The notes under the pieces: generated by a model | The model's input: only the letters and a program-made list of their open reading frames with translations | What the model was told of the DNA's origin: nothing | Databases searched by the model: none | Translations under genes and position numbers: made by a program | In this document: piece after piece, positions 34,581-44,849 of the stretch | How the letters are laid out: every line of letters starts with the position of its first letter | Position numbering within the stretch: position 1 is the stretch's first letter | Assembly (NCBI GenBank): GCA_963764165.1 | Contig: CAVXRD010000003.1 | Location: 608,001-672,000 of the forward strand | Direction of reading: 5' to 3' | DNA from: an uncultured Verrucomicrobiae bacterium | GTDB lineage: Bacteria; Verrucomicrobiota; Verrucomicrobiia; Limisphaerales; Palsa-1400 | Length of the DNA: 64,000 nucleotides

Positions 34581-37500
34581 TTACCGCACCACCGCCCGGT
34601 AAAACATCGCGGCCCCATTGTTCGCATCCGTGCAGGAAAAGGTGCTGTTGACGATCTCGCCGGAAACGATGGGCTCCCAATCGGGATTGTCGAGCGACGG
34701 GGTTGCGTCAATTTCGACGGACGTGCCGCTTAAACCAACCAAACCTATTTGAATCATGTTGTTTGGCACGAGGGAGATTTGCGTTATCCGAGGCAGTTGG
34801 TTCACCAGCACCACCCCGCCGTCACCCGCCAGAATGTACTGGCCGTTCCCCAAGTATCCGGTAGCCCACAGGTCTTGCGTCGTCGGCGAAACGTCCTCCT
34901 GCCAATCGAGTCCGTCGTCTCCCACATATATTGACCCCTCCGAAGTAACAGCCACAAAGTGACCGTTGCCGAACGTGATGCCGTCAAATTGCTCCGTTGA
35001 AGCCTGCGCGTCGGTCCAGCGAGTGCCGCTGGAGGACTCGGCGGCGGTGCCGAATTCGCCGACGCCGACAAATCTATTGTTGCCAAATGCCACGTCGTTA
35101 AAATAGGCGTCCGCCCCCATGTAACCTTCGCTCCAATCCAATCCGTCTGCCGAAACCAATCGTGTGCCGTCGTCACCGACGACAACAAACTTACCACGCC
35201 CGTATGTCACTCCGAAAAGACCTGAGTCCGCATATTCGCCGCTGTTGGTGGCCTGAACCGACCATGTGATGGCGTCCGGCGAATTCAAAATGACCCCTTC
35301 GTCACCGACCGCGACGTAAGCGCCGTTCCCATAGGCGACCGACCAAAGCGACAAATCGGCCTCGATCGGGGCAAAACTTTGGGTCCAATCGATGCCGTTC
35401 GTCGAGGTCACGATGGTAGCGCCGAGGCCGACGACCACGTATTCTCCATTGCCGTAGCAAATGCCACTCAAATCCAAATTTGTGTCGATGCCCGAACTCG
35501 TCATGGCCCAACTCGTTTCATTCGTCCACAACAGCACCGATCCATGCGTGCCGACGAGGACTGCCTTATCCGGCCCGACGGCAGCGTGGTACCATGATTG
35601 CAGCGGATCCGGCACGGTGATGCGCCAGGATGTCTGTCCTGGCAGAAAATCCGTTTCGTTAATCGTGAAATCGATTGTGCCAAGCGAATCGGGCGGCGGC
35701 GCTCCGCCAACCTGGATTGAATAGGCAACCCCTTGGGTCGCGATAAAGGAGATTTGAGCATCAACTCCGTTCGTCACAAACGCCAGCGCGTCGAGGCGCG
35801 ATCCCGTGTAAATCGCGGCCGCGGTTTGGATTTCGCTGGCGCTGAAATCCAAAATAACCGTGCCGGTTTCGGGCGCGGTCCAAGTCCACCAAACCGTTCG
35901 CCCAGCGTCCGCGCCAGTCGAATCAACCTCGCCCGGCTCCATCGTCGCGCTCCGAATCGTGCTGATGCCCTCGTCGCTGACGCCGTTGAGGGTGAAGGCC
36001 GCGGCGAAATTGTCGTTGCCGGGCGCCGGGGGCGGAGGTTCGATGGACAGGACGGCATTGATGCTCATCACGGAAATGCTCGAGCACAGGGATTCGGCGG
36101 TTGCCTCCATCGAATACGAGCCGATGTCGTTGGTGGTCACGGCGTTGATGGTTAGCGTGCCGTTCGTCGCGCCGGGAATGGCGAGTCCGTTCTTATACCA
36201 CTGGATTTCGACACCCGGATAACCCGTCGCCCCGGCGCTGAAGGAGGCCGGGTCTCCGAGATAGGCAGACTGATCATCCGGTTGCCAGGTGATGCCGGCG
36301 GAGGTCGTCGGCACCGGTGTATGGCGTTCGACGAATCCCGAAACTCCCACGAACGCAGAAGTTGTCGTCCCGCCCAGCCCGGCCAGAAGCACTTTGCCGT
36401 CCGATTGCAACGCCATGTCCACTGGCAGAATGTCGGAGCCATTGGCAAAATGCTGGTCGACGGTTCCGTCGGCCAGAATGTGGACGTAGTTGTTGACGTA
36501 TGTGCCAGCCACGCGCGTGAATGGCCCCGCCATCAAAACGTCGCCGCCAGGCAGAGCTTCGACCCGCGAGACCTGCGAGCCTTTGTCTAGGGGCGAATTG
36601 GTGTAGGGCGAGAAATTGATTGGATTGGCAGCATTGGCAACTCCTCCGTACTCATGAAGTTCGCATTCGTTGTAACCGGCCCAGCGCAAACCGGATGGAT
36701 TGACGATGATAGGCACATACGCGCCGCCGCCGAAAAGGCCTCCGTTCTCCGAAGAGCACGCGGCTTGCGCCCCCCGGTCACGCTCCGCCACGCATGTCGT
36801 CGATCCGCCCGCGCCCGGATAAAGCACGTCCAGCGCGCTGTCCCTGTTGAGAGCGGCGGTGCCAAAGTCCCCGGCCAGCAAAAGCCCCGAAGGCCATGAT
36901 ACTGGGTTGCCGTTCACGATGGCCGCGCCAGGCGGCCGATAGCGAACCTGATAGACCGCGCCGTAGCCGGTCACACTGGTCGAGTTAAAAGAAGTGTCGA
37001 GATTGCCCTGCATGTCGAATTTTCCAAGCGGGGACGAATAGCCATTTCCATTATGGATGTCGCCTGCGACGTAGAGCGTGCCGTCAGCGATCGCCATGCT
37101 GTAAATGTTGCCCGCCTTGTTGAATGTGTTGGCAGAAAAATTGGTGTCGAGTTGCCAGGTCGCACCGGTTCCGCCCACCCCGCCCGTCAGCGGAGTGAAT
37201 CGCGCGATCATGGCGTTGACATCATTGCGATCAGAATAAGCAACAAACGTCCCATATTGCGGGTCGCAGACGATGGCGCTCACATAATAATCGGCCCAAT
37301 CATAATGCGAGGCGGGGAAAAAGGCGGAGGAGTAATTGCTGAAGGTGAACGCAGTGTTCACCGCGCCGTTCGTATCAAGCACCGCCAAATCCACGTAAGT
37401 ATCCGTGCTGTTGAAGGAAGAAGTCGATGTGTGGGCGCTTCCATTGACTGAGTTGAAATATCCGCCAGCCCAAATGTAGCCGTTGCGATCCTGCGCCACC

Positions 37501-37646
37501 GCAAAAACCGGACCGTCGAAACTGGGCTGGCTAAAACCGCCGTCCTTGCCGCCGTAAACCTGCGCGGCAATATTATTCCCGAGACACACCAACGCGGCGA
37601 GGACCGCCGCTTTGGCCAGAATTGTGATGTTTAATAGTGCTTTCAC
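34581..37646 (-). CDS. Large secreted multidomain protein (delta-60-like repeats, Ig domain, beta-propeller)
   Basis: Signal peptide; LQSDGKVLLAG and DGTVD..F units; QWYKNG Ig domain; NDNFA; repeated YGNGxYVxVG..SxDGxxW. Confidence 0.82.
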   Translation of the reverse strand: MKALLNITILAKAAVLAALVCLGNNIAAQVYGGKDGGFSQPSFDGPVFAVAQDRNGYIWAGGYFNSVNGSAHTSTSSFNSTDTYVDLAVLDTNGAVNTAFTFSNYSSAFFPASHYDWADYYVSAIVCDPQYGTFVAYSDRNDVNAMIARFTPLTGGVGGTGATWQLDTNFSANTFNKAGNIYSMAIADGTLYVAGDIHNGNGYSSPLGKFDMQGNLDTSFNSTSVTGYGAVYQVRYRPPGAAIVNGNPVSWPSGLLLAGDFGTAALNRDSALDVLYPGAGGSTTCVAERDRGAQAACSSENGGLFGGGAYVPIIVNPSGLRWAGYNECELHEYGGVANAANPINFSPYTNSPLDKGSQVSRVEALPGGDVLMAGPFTRVAGTYVNNYVHILADGTVDQHFANGSDILPVDMALQSDGKVLLAGLGGTTTSAFVGVSGFVERHTPVPTTSAGITWQPDDQSAYLGDPASFSAGATGYPGVEIQWYKNGLAIPGATNGTLTINAVTTNDIGSYSMEATAESLCSSISVMSINAVLSIEPPPPAPGNDNFAAAFTLNGVSDEGISTIRSATMEPGEVDSTGADAGRTVWWTWTAPETGTVILDFSASEIQTAAAIYTGSRLDALAFVTNGVDAQISFIATQGVAYSIQVGGAPPPDSLGTIDFTINETDFLPGQTSWRITVPDPLQSWYHAAVGPDKAVLVGTHGSVLLWTNETSWAMTSSGIDTNLDLSGICYGNGEYVVVGLGATIVTSTNGIDWTQSFAPIEADLSLWSVAYGNGAYVAVGDEGVILNSPDAITWSVQATNSGEYADSGLFGVTYGRGKFVVVGDDGTRLVSADGLDWSEGYMGADAYFNDVAFGNNRFVGVGEFGTAAESSSGTRWTDAQASTEQFDGITFGNGHFVAVTSEGSIYVGDDGLDWQEDVSPTTQDLWATGYLGNGQYILAGDGGVVLVNQLPRITQISLVPNNMIQIGLVGLSGTSVEIDATPSLDNPDWEPIVSGEIVNSTFSCTDANNGAAMFYRAVVR

Positions 37647-37759
37647 ACACCATTAAATACCCGTCGGCGGCGAAACCTTACACAGGCCGCCAAGCGAAAC
37701 CCGCCCTCCGATGCCGCTTGGAAAAATCCGGGGCCTTGGTAAAGTATAATTGAAACATT

Positions 37760-38518
37760 GTGATGGCCACGTCTGACGACGCAAATTCGATCGGAAAACC
37801 GCAGCCTGGCGGAGTGTTTGTCACGACCCATTGGAGCATGGTCTTGAATGCCCGCAACGGCGATTCCGCCCAAGCCGACGAAGCCATGTCCCGCCTTTGC
37901 CGGGCTTATTGGTATCCGCTTTACGCTTACGTTCGGCGGCAGGGTTATCCGCCCGATCAGGCGCAGGATTTGACGCAGGAATTTTTCGCGCGGCTGCTGG
38001 CGCGGAATTATTTGCGCTCGATTGACCGGCAAAAGGGAAAATTCCGCTGGTTCCTTCTGACGGCGATGGAACATTTTCTGGCCAAGGAATGGCGCGATGC
38101 CCACCGGCTCAAGCGCGGCGGCGGCCAAATCATTTTGTCGCTCGACGACAAAGACGCCGAGGATCGTTACAAATACGAGCCTGCCGAACCCATGACCGCG
38201 CAGCGAATCTACGAGCGCCGCTGGGCATTGACATTGCTCGAACAGGCGATGGCCAAATTGCGCGAAGAATTTGCCGCCAATGGCAAGGCTGAGGTGTTCG
38301 ACGCCCTGCAAGTGTTCCTCAGCGGCGAGCGCGCCGACGTCACCCAGGCGCAGGCAGGCTCGGGGCTGAGCATGAGCGAGGGCGCGGTCAGCGTGGCGGT
38401 GCATCGGATGCGGAAGCGTTACGCGGAATTGCTGCGGGCGGAAATCGCCAACACCGTTTCCAGCCCGGAGGAGGTGGAGGAGGAATTGAGGCATTTGCTG
38501 GCCGTGGTGAGCAGTTGA
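37760..38518 (+). CDS. ECF-type sigma factor associated with a Ser/Thr kinase
   Basis: FVTTHWSMV, YWYPLYAYVRR, AQDLTQEFF, KGKFR and region 4 SEGAVSVAVHRMRKR. Confidence 0.88.
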   Translation: MMATSDDANSIGKPQPGGVFVTTHWSMVLNARNGDSAQADEAMSRLCRAYWYPLYAYVRRQGYPPDQAQDLTQEFFARLLARNYLRSIDRQKGKFRWFLLTAMEHFLAKEWRDAHRLKRGGGQIILSLDDKDAEDRYKYEPAEPMTAQRIYERRWALTLLEQAMAKLREEFAANGKAEVFDALQVFLSGERADVTQAQAGSGLSMSEGAVSVAVHRMRKRYAELLRAEIANTVSSPEEVEEELRHLLAVVSS

Positions 38519-38572
38519 TGCGATTCATCCGTAAGATTTTTCCGGGAAAAGGTAGATACGTAAACGTGATTC

Positions 38573-41500
38573 ATGGCTGAGAACACGAAATGCCAGCGCT
38601 GCGGCGCCCCCCTTCCCCACGCTGGACCTTACGGGCATTGCCCCGCGTGCCTGCTGACTGTGGCGCTCGGAGAATCGCCCGACGCACCCGCCCTGCCCCG
38701 GCCTTCCGAGAGCCTGTTCGGCGATTATCAGTTGATGGAGGAGATTTCGCGGGGCGGGATGGGAGTGGTCTATCGCGCGCGCCAAATCAGCCTGAATCGG
38801 CCCGTGGCGCTGAAAATGATTTCGGAGGGGGCGCAATCCTCCCCCTCCGCGGTGGCGCGATTCCAAATTGAAGCGGAAGCGGCGGCTCAATTGAATCACC
38901 CGAACATTGTTCCCGTGTTTGAAACCGGCGTCTATTCGGGACGCCGGTTCTTAAGCATGAAGCTCGTTGAAGGCGGCACTTTGGCGGACAAGGTGGGCGA
39001 ATTCGCCGCCCGTCCCGAGCGAGCCGCGATCCTTGTCGAATCGGTGGCTGAAGCAGTGCATCACGCCCATCAGCGCGGCGTGCTTCATCGCGACCTGAAG
39101 CCGTCAAATATTCTTATTGACGCCAGTGGCAAACCGCATGTCGCCGATTTTGGGCTGGCGAAACTGCTGGAGGAGCAGACGGAGCTGACGCAGGCCGGCG
39201 GGCCTCTTGGCACGCCGGCTTACATGGCGCCAGAGCAGATTACGGGAAATTGCGAAGTCACGACCGCAGCCGACATCTACGGGCTGGGCGCGATTCTTTA
39301 CCATCTATTGACAGGCCGTCCGCCGTTTCAGGGAGCGACGGCGCTGGAAATCATGAGCCAGGCCACGGCGCGAGAACCCGCACCGCCGGACCGGCTGAAT
39401 CCCGCCGTGGATGAACGGCTCGCCACCATTTGCTTGAAATGCCTAAGCAAGGAGCCGGCGCGGCGCTACGCCTCAGCGCAGGCGCTGGCGGACGATCTGG
39501 CGCGCTGGCGCAACGGCGACACTATTTCCGCCGCCCCGGAAACCCGCGCCGACGCGCTCCTTCGCTGGGTGCGGCGAAACCGCGCGCTGGCGGCCCTCGG
39601 AAGTTTCGCTTTGATGCTGCTCGTGTTGGTGGCGGTTGTTTCAACCGTGGCGGCATTCCGCATCAAGCGCGCAAAGGATATTTCCGTGGCGGCGGAGGGG
39701 CGCGCCCGCGAGAAGCTGTGGGAGAGCTATCTCGCCCAGGCCCGCGCCCAGCGGCTTAGCGGCAAGCCCGGCCGCCGATTCGACACGCTGGCCGCCATCA
39801 GCAACGCCGCCGCCATCCGACGCTCAGCCGAACTGCGGAATGAATGCATCGCGGCGCTCGCGCTGACGGATGTGCGCGCCATTCCTTTCGCGCCCGCCGA
39901 TTTGCCGGCGGGCGGGAAAATCATCATCGACCTCGCGCACGACCGCTATGCGGCGGGATTTTCCAATGGCGCTGTTTCGGTGCGCACATTGTCCGATTAT
40001 TCGGAACTGGCGAAACTTCCCGGAACGGGGCAGCCGGTGGCGGCGTTTAGCGAGTTCAGCGCGGACGGGAAGTGGCTGGCAGTGTGGTATCGCGATAAAA
40101 CGGCCTCGGTCTGGCAGGTGGAAGAGGCTCGCCGCGCGTTTACATGCACAAACGCAGGAGCCATCAGCTTCAGCCCCGACTCGCGGAATTTTGCCGAGGA
40201 GCGGACGAGTGGCGAGGTGTCTGTGGTTTCCATCGAAACATTCGTCGAGAAATCGCATTTTGTTCTGCCTTCACCAGCGGGCTCGATTTCCTGGAGCCCG
40301 GATGGGACGACCCTCGCGGCAACCGGCCGCACCAACATTTCTCTGATGGACACGGCGAGCGGCAAAGCCGGGCGGCGTTTCGCTTTGCCCAACGCGATCA
40401 TCGGAACGCAGTGGCGGCCCGATGGGGCGGAGCTTGCGGCCGCATCACTCGACCGGCTGGTTCATAGGTTTGACACAAAAACAGGGACGGAACTGCCGCC
40501 CCTCTCGGGTCACCTCGGGGCGGTCACGGCCGTTTCTTACACGCCGGATGGCCGATGCCTTGCATCGGGAAGCTGGGACGGAACGATGCGCCTTTGGGAC
40601 TTGGCGTCTGGAACGGAAGTGATTCATTGGCCGGCGGGATGCGAGCATATTTTTATCTCGCCTGATTCGCGCCGCGCCGCTGCCATCTCTGACGGCTACG
40701 GGCAAATGGATTTATTTGAAATCGCATACAACGAGGTGGCATCCACCGCGCCAAAAGCCTGCGCAGGAAACGAGAATTACGACGCGCTGCTCTTCGGGCA
40801 AGGCGGAAACTGGCTGGCAACGGCAACGGAAAACGCGGTCACGTTTTTGCGCCCGGATTCAATGCTGGCCGCTGCGGAAAAAACAAATTTATCGGCGGGC
40901 GCGTCCGTTTTTCTGTTCACGAAAAGCGAAATGTTCAGTTATAACAGCAACGGATTCTTTCTGCTGCCGGTGCGCGAGGCAAATGGAACCCTCAGCGTCG
41001 GGGAAACCCGCGCATTTCATCCCGCCATCCCCGATTCACTCCGGGGGAAATGCGACGCGGGGCTGTTCGGGCCGTTTGACAAAGACGGCAAGATTCCAGA
41101 ACGCCTCGGCGCTTCCACCTCTGGGGCCGTCTCGGCAGTAGCCTTCGCGGATCATTGCTACATTTTCGACATGGCCGGCAACGCGCTCCGCGCCATCACG
41201 GCGGCGCAGGAATGGATGAAATTCGTCGCCGTCAGCCCGGACGGCCAGCGCGTGGCGACGGGCGCCTGGAATCATCCGAACGTCATCCTCTGGAACGCCG
41301 AAACCGGCGCGAAAGAACGCGAATTGGAAACGGGCTTTTCCCCGAATCCCCTGTTCAGCCCGGACGGAAAATGGCTGGTGACATCGGTCGGCCCGGAAGT
41401 GTGTTTTTGGCGGACACGCGATTGGACAATTGATCACCGCGTGCTGCGCCCGCGCGAACGGCTTTCCAGCCCTCTCGCCTTTTCCGGTGACGGACGGGTT

Positions 41501-41719
41501 CTGGCCATGGCCATGACTCGCAGCACGGTTAAGCTTGTCGCCAGCCAGACTGGCGAAACCTTGGCGCAATTGGAGCCTCTGCCCGCGAGCGAGATTGTCG
41601 CGCTGGCTCTGAATTCCGACTCTTCGGAATTGGCCATCACGCGCTTTGCCGAGCGGCCGGAGGTGTGGCACTTGAATCGAATCCGGTCCCAGTTGCAGGC
41701 GTTGGGATTGGACTGGTGA
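38573..41719 (+). CDS. Hanks-type Ser/Thr kinase with WD40 repeats
   Basis: GGMGVVY, VALK, HRDLKPSN, DFG and GTPAYMAPE motifs; hydrophobic segment followed by WD40 repeats. Confidence 0.95.
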   Translation: MAENTKCQRCGAPLPHAGPYGHCPACLLTVALGESPDAPALPRPSESLFGDYQLMEEISRGGMGVVYRARQISLNRPVALKMISEGAQSSPSAVARFQIEAEAAAQLNHPNIVPVFETGVYSGRRFLSMKLVEGGTLADKVGEFAARPERAAILVESVAEAVHHAHQRGVLHRDLKPSNILIDASGKPHVADFGLAKLLEEQTELTQAGGPLGTPAYMAPEQITGNCEVTTAADIYGLGAILYHLLTGRPPFQGATALEIMSQATAREPAPPDRLNPAVDERLATICLKCLSKEPARRYASAQALADDLARWRNGDTISAAPETRADALLRWVRRNRALAALGSFALMLLVLVAVVSTVAAFRIKRAKDISVAAEGRAREKLWESYLAQARAQRLSGKPGRRFDTLAAISNAAAIRRSAELRNECIAALALTDVRAIPFAPADLPAGGKIIIDLAHDRYAAGFSNGAVSVRTLSDYSELAKLPGTGQPVAAFSEFSADGKWLAVWYRDKTASVWQVEEARRAFTCTNAGAISFSPDSRNFAEERTSGEVSVVSIETFVEKSHFVLPSPAGSISWSPDGTTLAATGRTNISLMDTASGKAGRRFALPNAIIGTQWRPDGAELAAASLDRLVHRFDTKTGTELPPLSGHLGAVTAVSYTPDGRCLASGSWDGTMRLWDLASGTEVIHWPAGCEHIFISPDSRRAAAISDGYGQMDLFEIAYNEVASTAPKACAGNENYDALLFGQGGNWLATATENAVTFLRPDSMLAAAEKTNLSAGASVFLFTKSEMFSYNSNGFFLLPVREANGTLSVGETRAFHPAIPDSLRGKCDAGLFGPFDKDGKIPERLGASTSGAVSAVAFADHCYIFDMAGNALRAITAAQEWMKFVAVSPDGQRVATGAWNHPNVILWNAETGAKERELETGFSPNPLFSPDGKWLVTSVGPEVCFWRTRDWTIDHRVLRPRERLSSPLAFSGDGRVLAMAMTRSTVKLVASQTGETLAQLEPLPASEIVALALNSDSSELAITRFAERPEVWHLNRIRSQLQALGLDW

Positions 41720-41959
41720 CGGCGGCCATTTGGCACTTTCATGCCAAGTTTCCGAGTTGAGCCGTGGGGTGATTACCTACTGCGGCGCATGGCTTTCGCC
41801 CTTGAAATATCTTTAGAATAGGAGAGGTTTTATCAGCATTAGATTGCGTTGTCGTATTTCCAACATGGTGAATCCTCAGGTGAACAAGCTTCAGTGATGA
41901 TTTGAAACCCGATCTCCGGGAACAGTCCGGGAACCCGCATGCAGCTCTAAAAAATACAG

Positions 41960-42316
41960 ATGAATACGAAATTGTACGTGGGAAATCTTTCCTTCGACAC
42001 AACAGAAAACGATCTCCAGGACCTCTTTGCCCAGTATGGGCCGGTCTCCGAGGTCAATTTGATCACCGATCGCATGAGCGGACGCTCACGCGGCTTTGCG
42101 TTTGTCACCATGGGAACGCCGGAAGGCGCGGAAGGCGCCATATCGGCTCTGTCGGGGAAGGAGATTCAGGGGCGCGCCCTGACGGTAAATGAAGCCCGTC
42201 CGCGGGAAGAACACGCCGGCGGCGGTGGCGGTGGCCGCGGGCCTCGTTCCGGGGGCGGCGGTCGCGGTCCCCGCAGTGGCGGCGGCGGCGAGCGCCGTCA
42301 ATTCCAGCGCCATTAA
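41960..42316 (+). CDS. RRM RNA-binding protein with Gly/Arg-rich tail
   Basis: LYVGNL (RNP2), RGFAFV (RNP1), GGGGRGPRS twice. Confidence 0.95.
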   Translation: MNTKLYVGNLSFDTTENDLQDLFAQYGPVSEVNLITDRMSGRSRGFAFVTMGTPEGAEGAISALSGKEIQGRALTVNEARPREEHAGGGGGGRGPRSGGGGRGPRSGGGGERRQFQRH

Positions 42317-42590
42317 TCGTTCCGCGAAAACGGAACGGATTTTTATCCTGGCTTCGCGCAATGCGAAGCCGGGGACAGCAAAAATTTCCTCACCCGGTTT
42401 TAGTATTTCCGTTTTCGGCCACTTCCGAGGAACTTTTTCCATTTTCGTTCCTCCCACCAATGGCAGGCACGTCCCCGCCGAGGTGGTTGGATTTGCGCAT
42501 AGATCACCCCTCGGCGAGGCGTCCCTCCCTCCAATTGACTTGATAGAGATCCAAAATAAGGCAAAGTGTCATGCAGGTTCGGCTCGACTT

Positions 42591-42977
42591 ATGAAAAATT
42601 CTTCCAGAATGGTTTTGGCGACGGCGGCGATGGCCGGTTTGTTCAGCGGCGCGGTTCTCTCTCAGAGCTTTGCCGATGGCACTAACACGACGACAAACGC
42701 GATCACCTCGACTAATATTTACCCGGGCAAAGCCGCAACGAAGAAAATGCCGAAAGTCCACGACTGCTCCGGCGACAATGAATGCAAAGGCCTTGGCGGA
42801 TGCAAAACGGACGATCACGGGTGCAAATTCAAGAATGCCTGCAAAGGCAAAGGCGGCTGCGCGCTGACGAAGGAAGACATTGAGGGCTGGATCAAGAAGC
42901 AGAAGGAGGAAGCCGCCAAGAAAGCCAAGGGCGCGGACGCCAAGAAGCCCGCCGATCCAGCACCACCTGCCAAATAG
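42591..42977 (+). CDS. Secreted six-Cys low-complexity protein resembling bufferin (BufA2-type) precursors
   Basis: Signal peptide; CSGDNECKGLGGC...CKFKNACKGKGGC. Confidence 0.7.
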   Translation: MKNSSRMVLATAAMAGLFSGAVLSQSFADGTNTTTNAITSTNIYPGKAATKKMPKVHDCSGDNECKGLGGCKTDDHGCKFKNACKGKGGCALTKEDIEGWIKKQKEEAAKKAKGADAKKPADPAPPAK

Positions 42978-43097
42978 AGGGACTCACGCGGGTCGATAGT
43001 GGTCAAAACTACTGCCTTTGCCCCTTCTCCGGTTTATTGACACAACATTGAGGCTTTGCCCCTATAGCGTGGGCTTCTTCGGGGGCTATCTTATGGC

Positions 43098-43277
43098 ATG
43101 AAAAAGATACTCATACTTCTTGCATGCGTTATCGCTTCCTGGGGGACCACTGGATGCATAGTAGACGATCGCGGCGGCTGGCACCATCATTGGCGCGGCC
43201 AAGTGACGCCGGAACGTCCAGTGGTTGAGGCGCCAGCGGCGCCGGCGGCTCTTGCGGTTAACCAGCCGGAGCCTTAA
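43098..43277 (+). CDS. Small (59 aa) putative lipoprotein, not in the ORF track
   Basis: Hand translation: MKKILILLACVIASWGTTG-C lipobox-like, then WHHHW and a Pro/Ala-rich tail. Confidence 0.65.
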   Translation: MKKILILLACVIASWGTTGCIVDDRGGWHHHWRGQVTPERPVVEAPAAPAALAVNQPEP

Positions 43278-43319
43278 CGGTCAACGAACTTGCGCGGCAA
43301 CGCGCAACCGGAGGGCAGA

Positions 43320-44849
43320 TTAGTCGACAGTCGCCCCAAAAACGGCTGTCTTAACCTGGCCCTCCGTTTTTATTTGCACCCAGAGGGTGTAATTGCCGGG
43401 GCTGGGGAATTCGTAGGGCAGAGAAATGGTGGATGAGGCAGCATCCGCAGGCTGAGGGCCGCACCAGGGGTCGGTTTCAGAATGTGTCGCGATTGGAGCT
43501 CCAGCCTTTGCTTCAGTCACGATATTTGATTCAAATAAATACTGCGCCGCCATCGAGAAGTTTCCTGACGGATGCAGATGAGAGAATACTTTCCCGTCCG
43601 ATTTCACCACCGCAGCGTGACTCATCATGCCCATGTAGGATTCCAAGCGGAGAGGACGCCCGTTTGAATCGAGCGCTTGAAAGGTGAGGCCCGCTTTTTG
43701 GCCAGCGCGCAATTGGCTGTGCGCTTTCCAAACGATCTTTGTTCCCCCCGCAAGTTCCCTCGCATTGTCGCCGCTGGATTCTGGAAGGCTCGATTGGCCG
43801 TCGGCGACCCAGGAATCGTCGGGATCGGGTTGCAGGCCCCTAGCGGAAATGGGAGGGATGGGAGAAAGGGGAGGAAGGTGAATGAAGTTTGTGGCGGTTG
43901 AGCTGAAGCCGGTGGAGAAGGTGAGGTCGCAGAAAATTTCGTAATTGCCCTCGGGTAATGGCGGAAGCGCGACTTCAAAATTGGTGGCGTCCTGGCGGAT
44001 CGGATGAAGGTGGGCGAACGCGTGCGGCTCGGCCTGGCCAACCATGAACAGATGCATCAGTTTTCCGTGATCGGCGATCAGCTCCAGCGGCCCTCGCCTC
44101 CCTAATTTCGTATCGCCAACGCCTAGATGCAAAATCCTCTGCGACTCGTTGGTTGCCATTGTTGCGGAAATCTCCGGCCAGCCGCCCTCGATCAGACGAG
44201 CGCGAAAATCCGATTCCTCGGAATTCCACCAATTCCGGCCACCCACAACCGCAAGGACGATAACGACCAAGGCGATGGCTGCAGCGGTCCAATATCTTCT
44301 CCGCTCGCGCGCGCCGGGGGACGCTCCGGCGGGAAGCGCGCTCTCGCCCGCGGCGGCGGCCACAATCGCGATGGCGCCGCAAATCAACACCAGCCCCAAC
44401 ACCGTCAAGATGTTTCCCAGAATGGGGGGCAATGGAAGCTGGGCGCGGGCGATGGAATTGACGGGAACTTCGATCATGCCATCACCCGATTTGCCATGCA
44501 CCCGAACCTGAATGCTGTAGGCGCCACTTGTCATCAGCCAAAGTTCGCCTGAATAAATTCCCGCCTCCCGATCCATACATGGAGCCGTTTCCGGCGGGGG
44601 CGCGTTGCTGACGGCGATTCCCGAGGCGAGCGGAACGAACGAAACCTCCAGCGGGTCCTTCGATTTAACCTGCACGATGATTTGTGCCTGTCCCGGCACG
44701 ACTCCCGGCATCCGAATGGCAATGTGCTCCGTCCACGGGCCAACCGGGCCGTCGAAAAAAACATCGGGGCTTCCGACGTGCGCCCGCGCGACAAGGCACA
44801 ATGCCAGCGTCAACAATAACGCCAGAAAGCGCCACAACTTCCACTTCAA
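43320..44849 (-). CDS. Membrane-anchored His/Met-rich putative metal-binding protein
   Basis: Signal peptide then HVGSPDVF; HGKLMHLF, FAHLHP, YMGMMSH and SHLHP motifs; TTG start overlaps the upstream stop. Confidence 0.7.
   Translation of the reverse strand: MKWKLWRFLALLLTLALCLVARAHVGSPDVFFDGPVGPWTEHIAIRMPGVVPGQAQIIVQVKSKDPLEVSFVPLASGIAVSNAPPPETAPCMDREAGIYSGELWLMTSGAYSIQVRVHGKSGDGMIEVPVNSIARAQLPLPPILGNILTVLGLVLICGAIAIVAAAAGESALPAGASPGARERRRYWTAAAIALVVIVLAVVGGRNWWNSEESDFRARLIEGGWPEISATMATNESQRILHLGVGDTKLGRRGPLELIADHGKLMHLFMVGQAEPHAFAHLHPIRQDATNFEVALPPLPEGNYEIFCDLTFSTGFSSTATNFIHLPPLSPIPPISARGLQPDPDDSWVADGQSSLPESSGDNARELAGGTKIVWKAHSQLRAGQKAGLTFQALDSNGRPLRLESYMGMMSHAAVVKSDGKVFSHLHPSGNFSMAAQYLFESNIVTEAKAGAPIATHSETDPWCGPQPADAASSTISLPYEFPSPGNYTLWVQIKTEGQVKTAVFGATVD

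Noticed and set aside
41830..41959. Structured RNA leader before the RRM gene
   Set aside because: Plausible long 5' UTR, but no known RNA family or convincing fold could be established by eye
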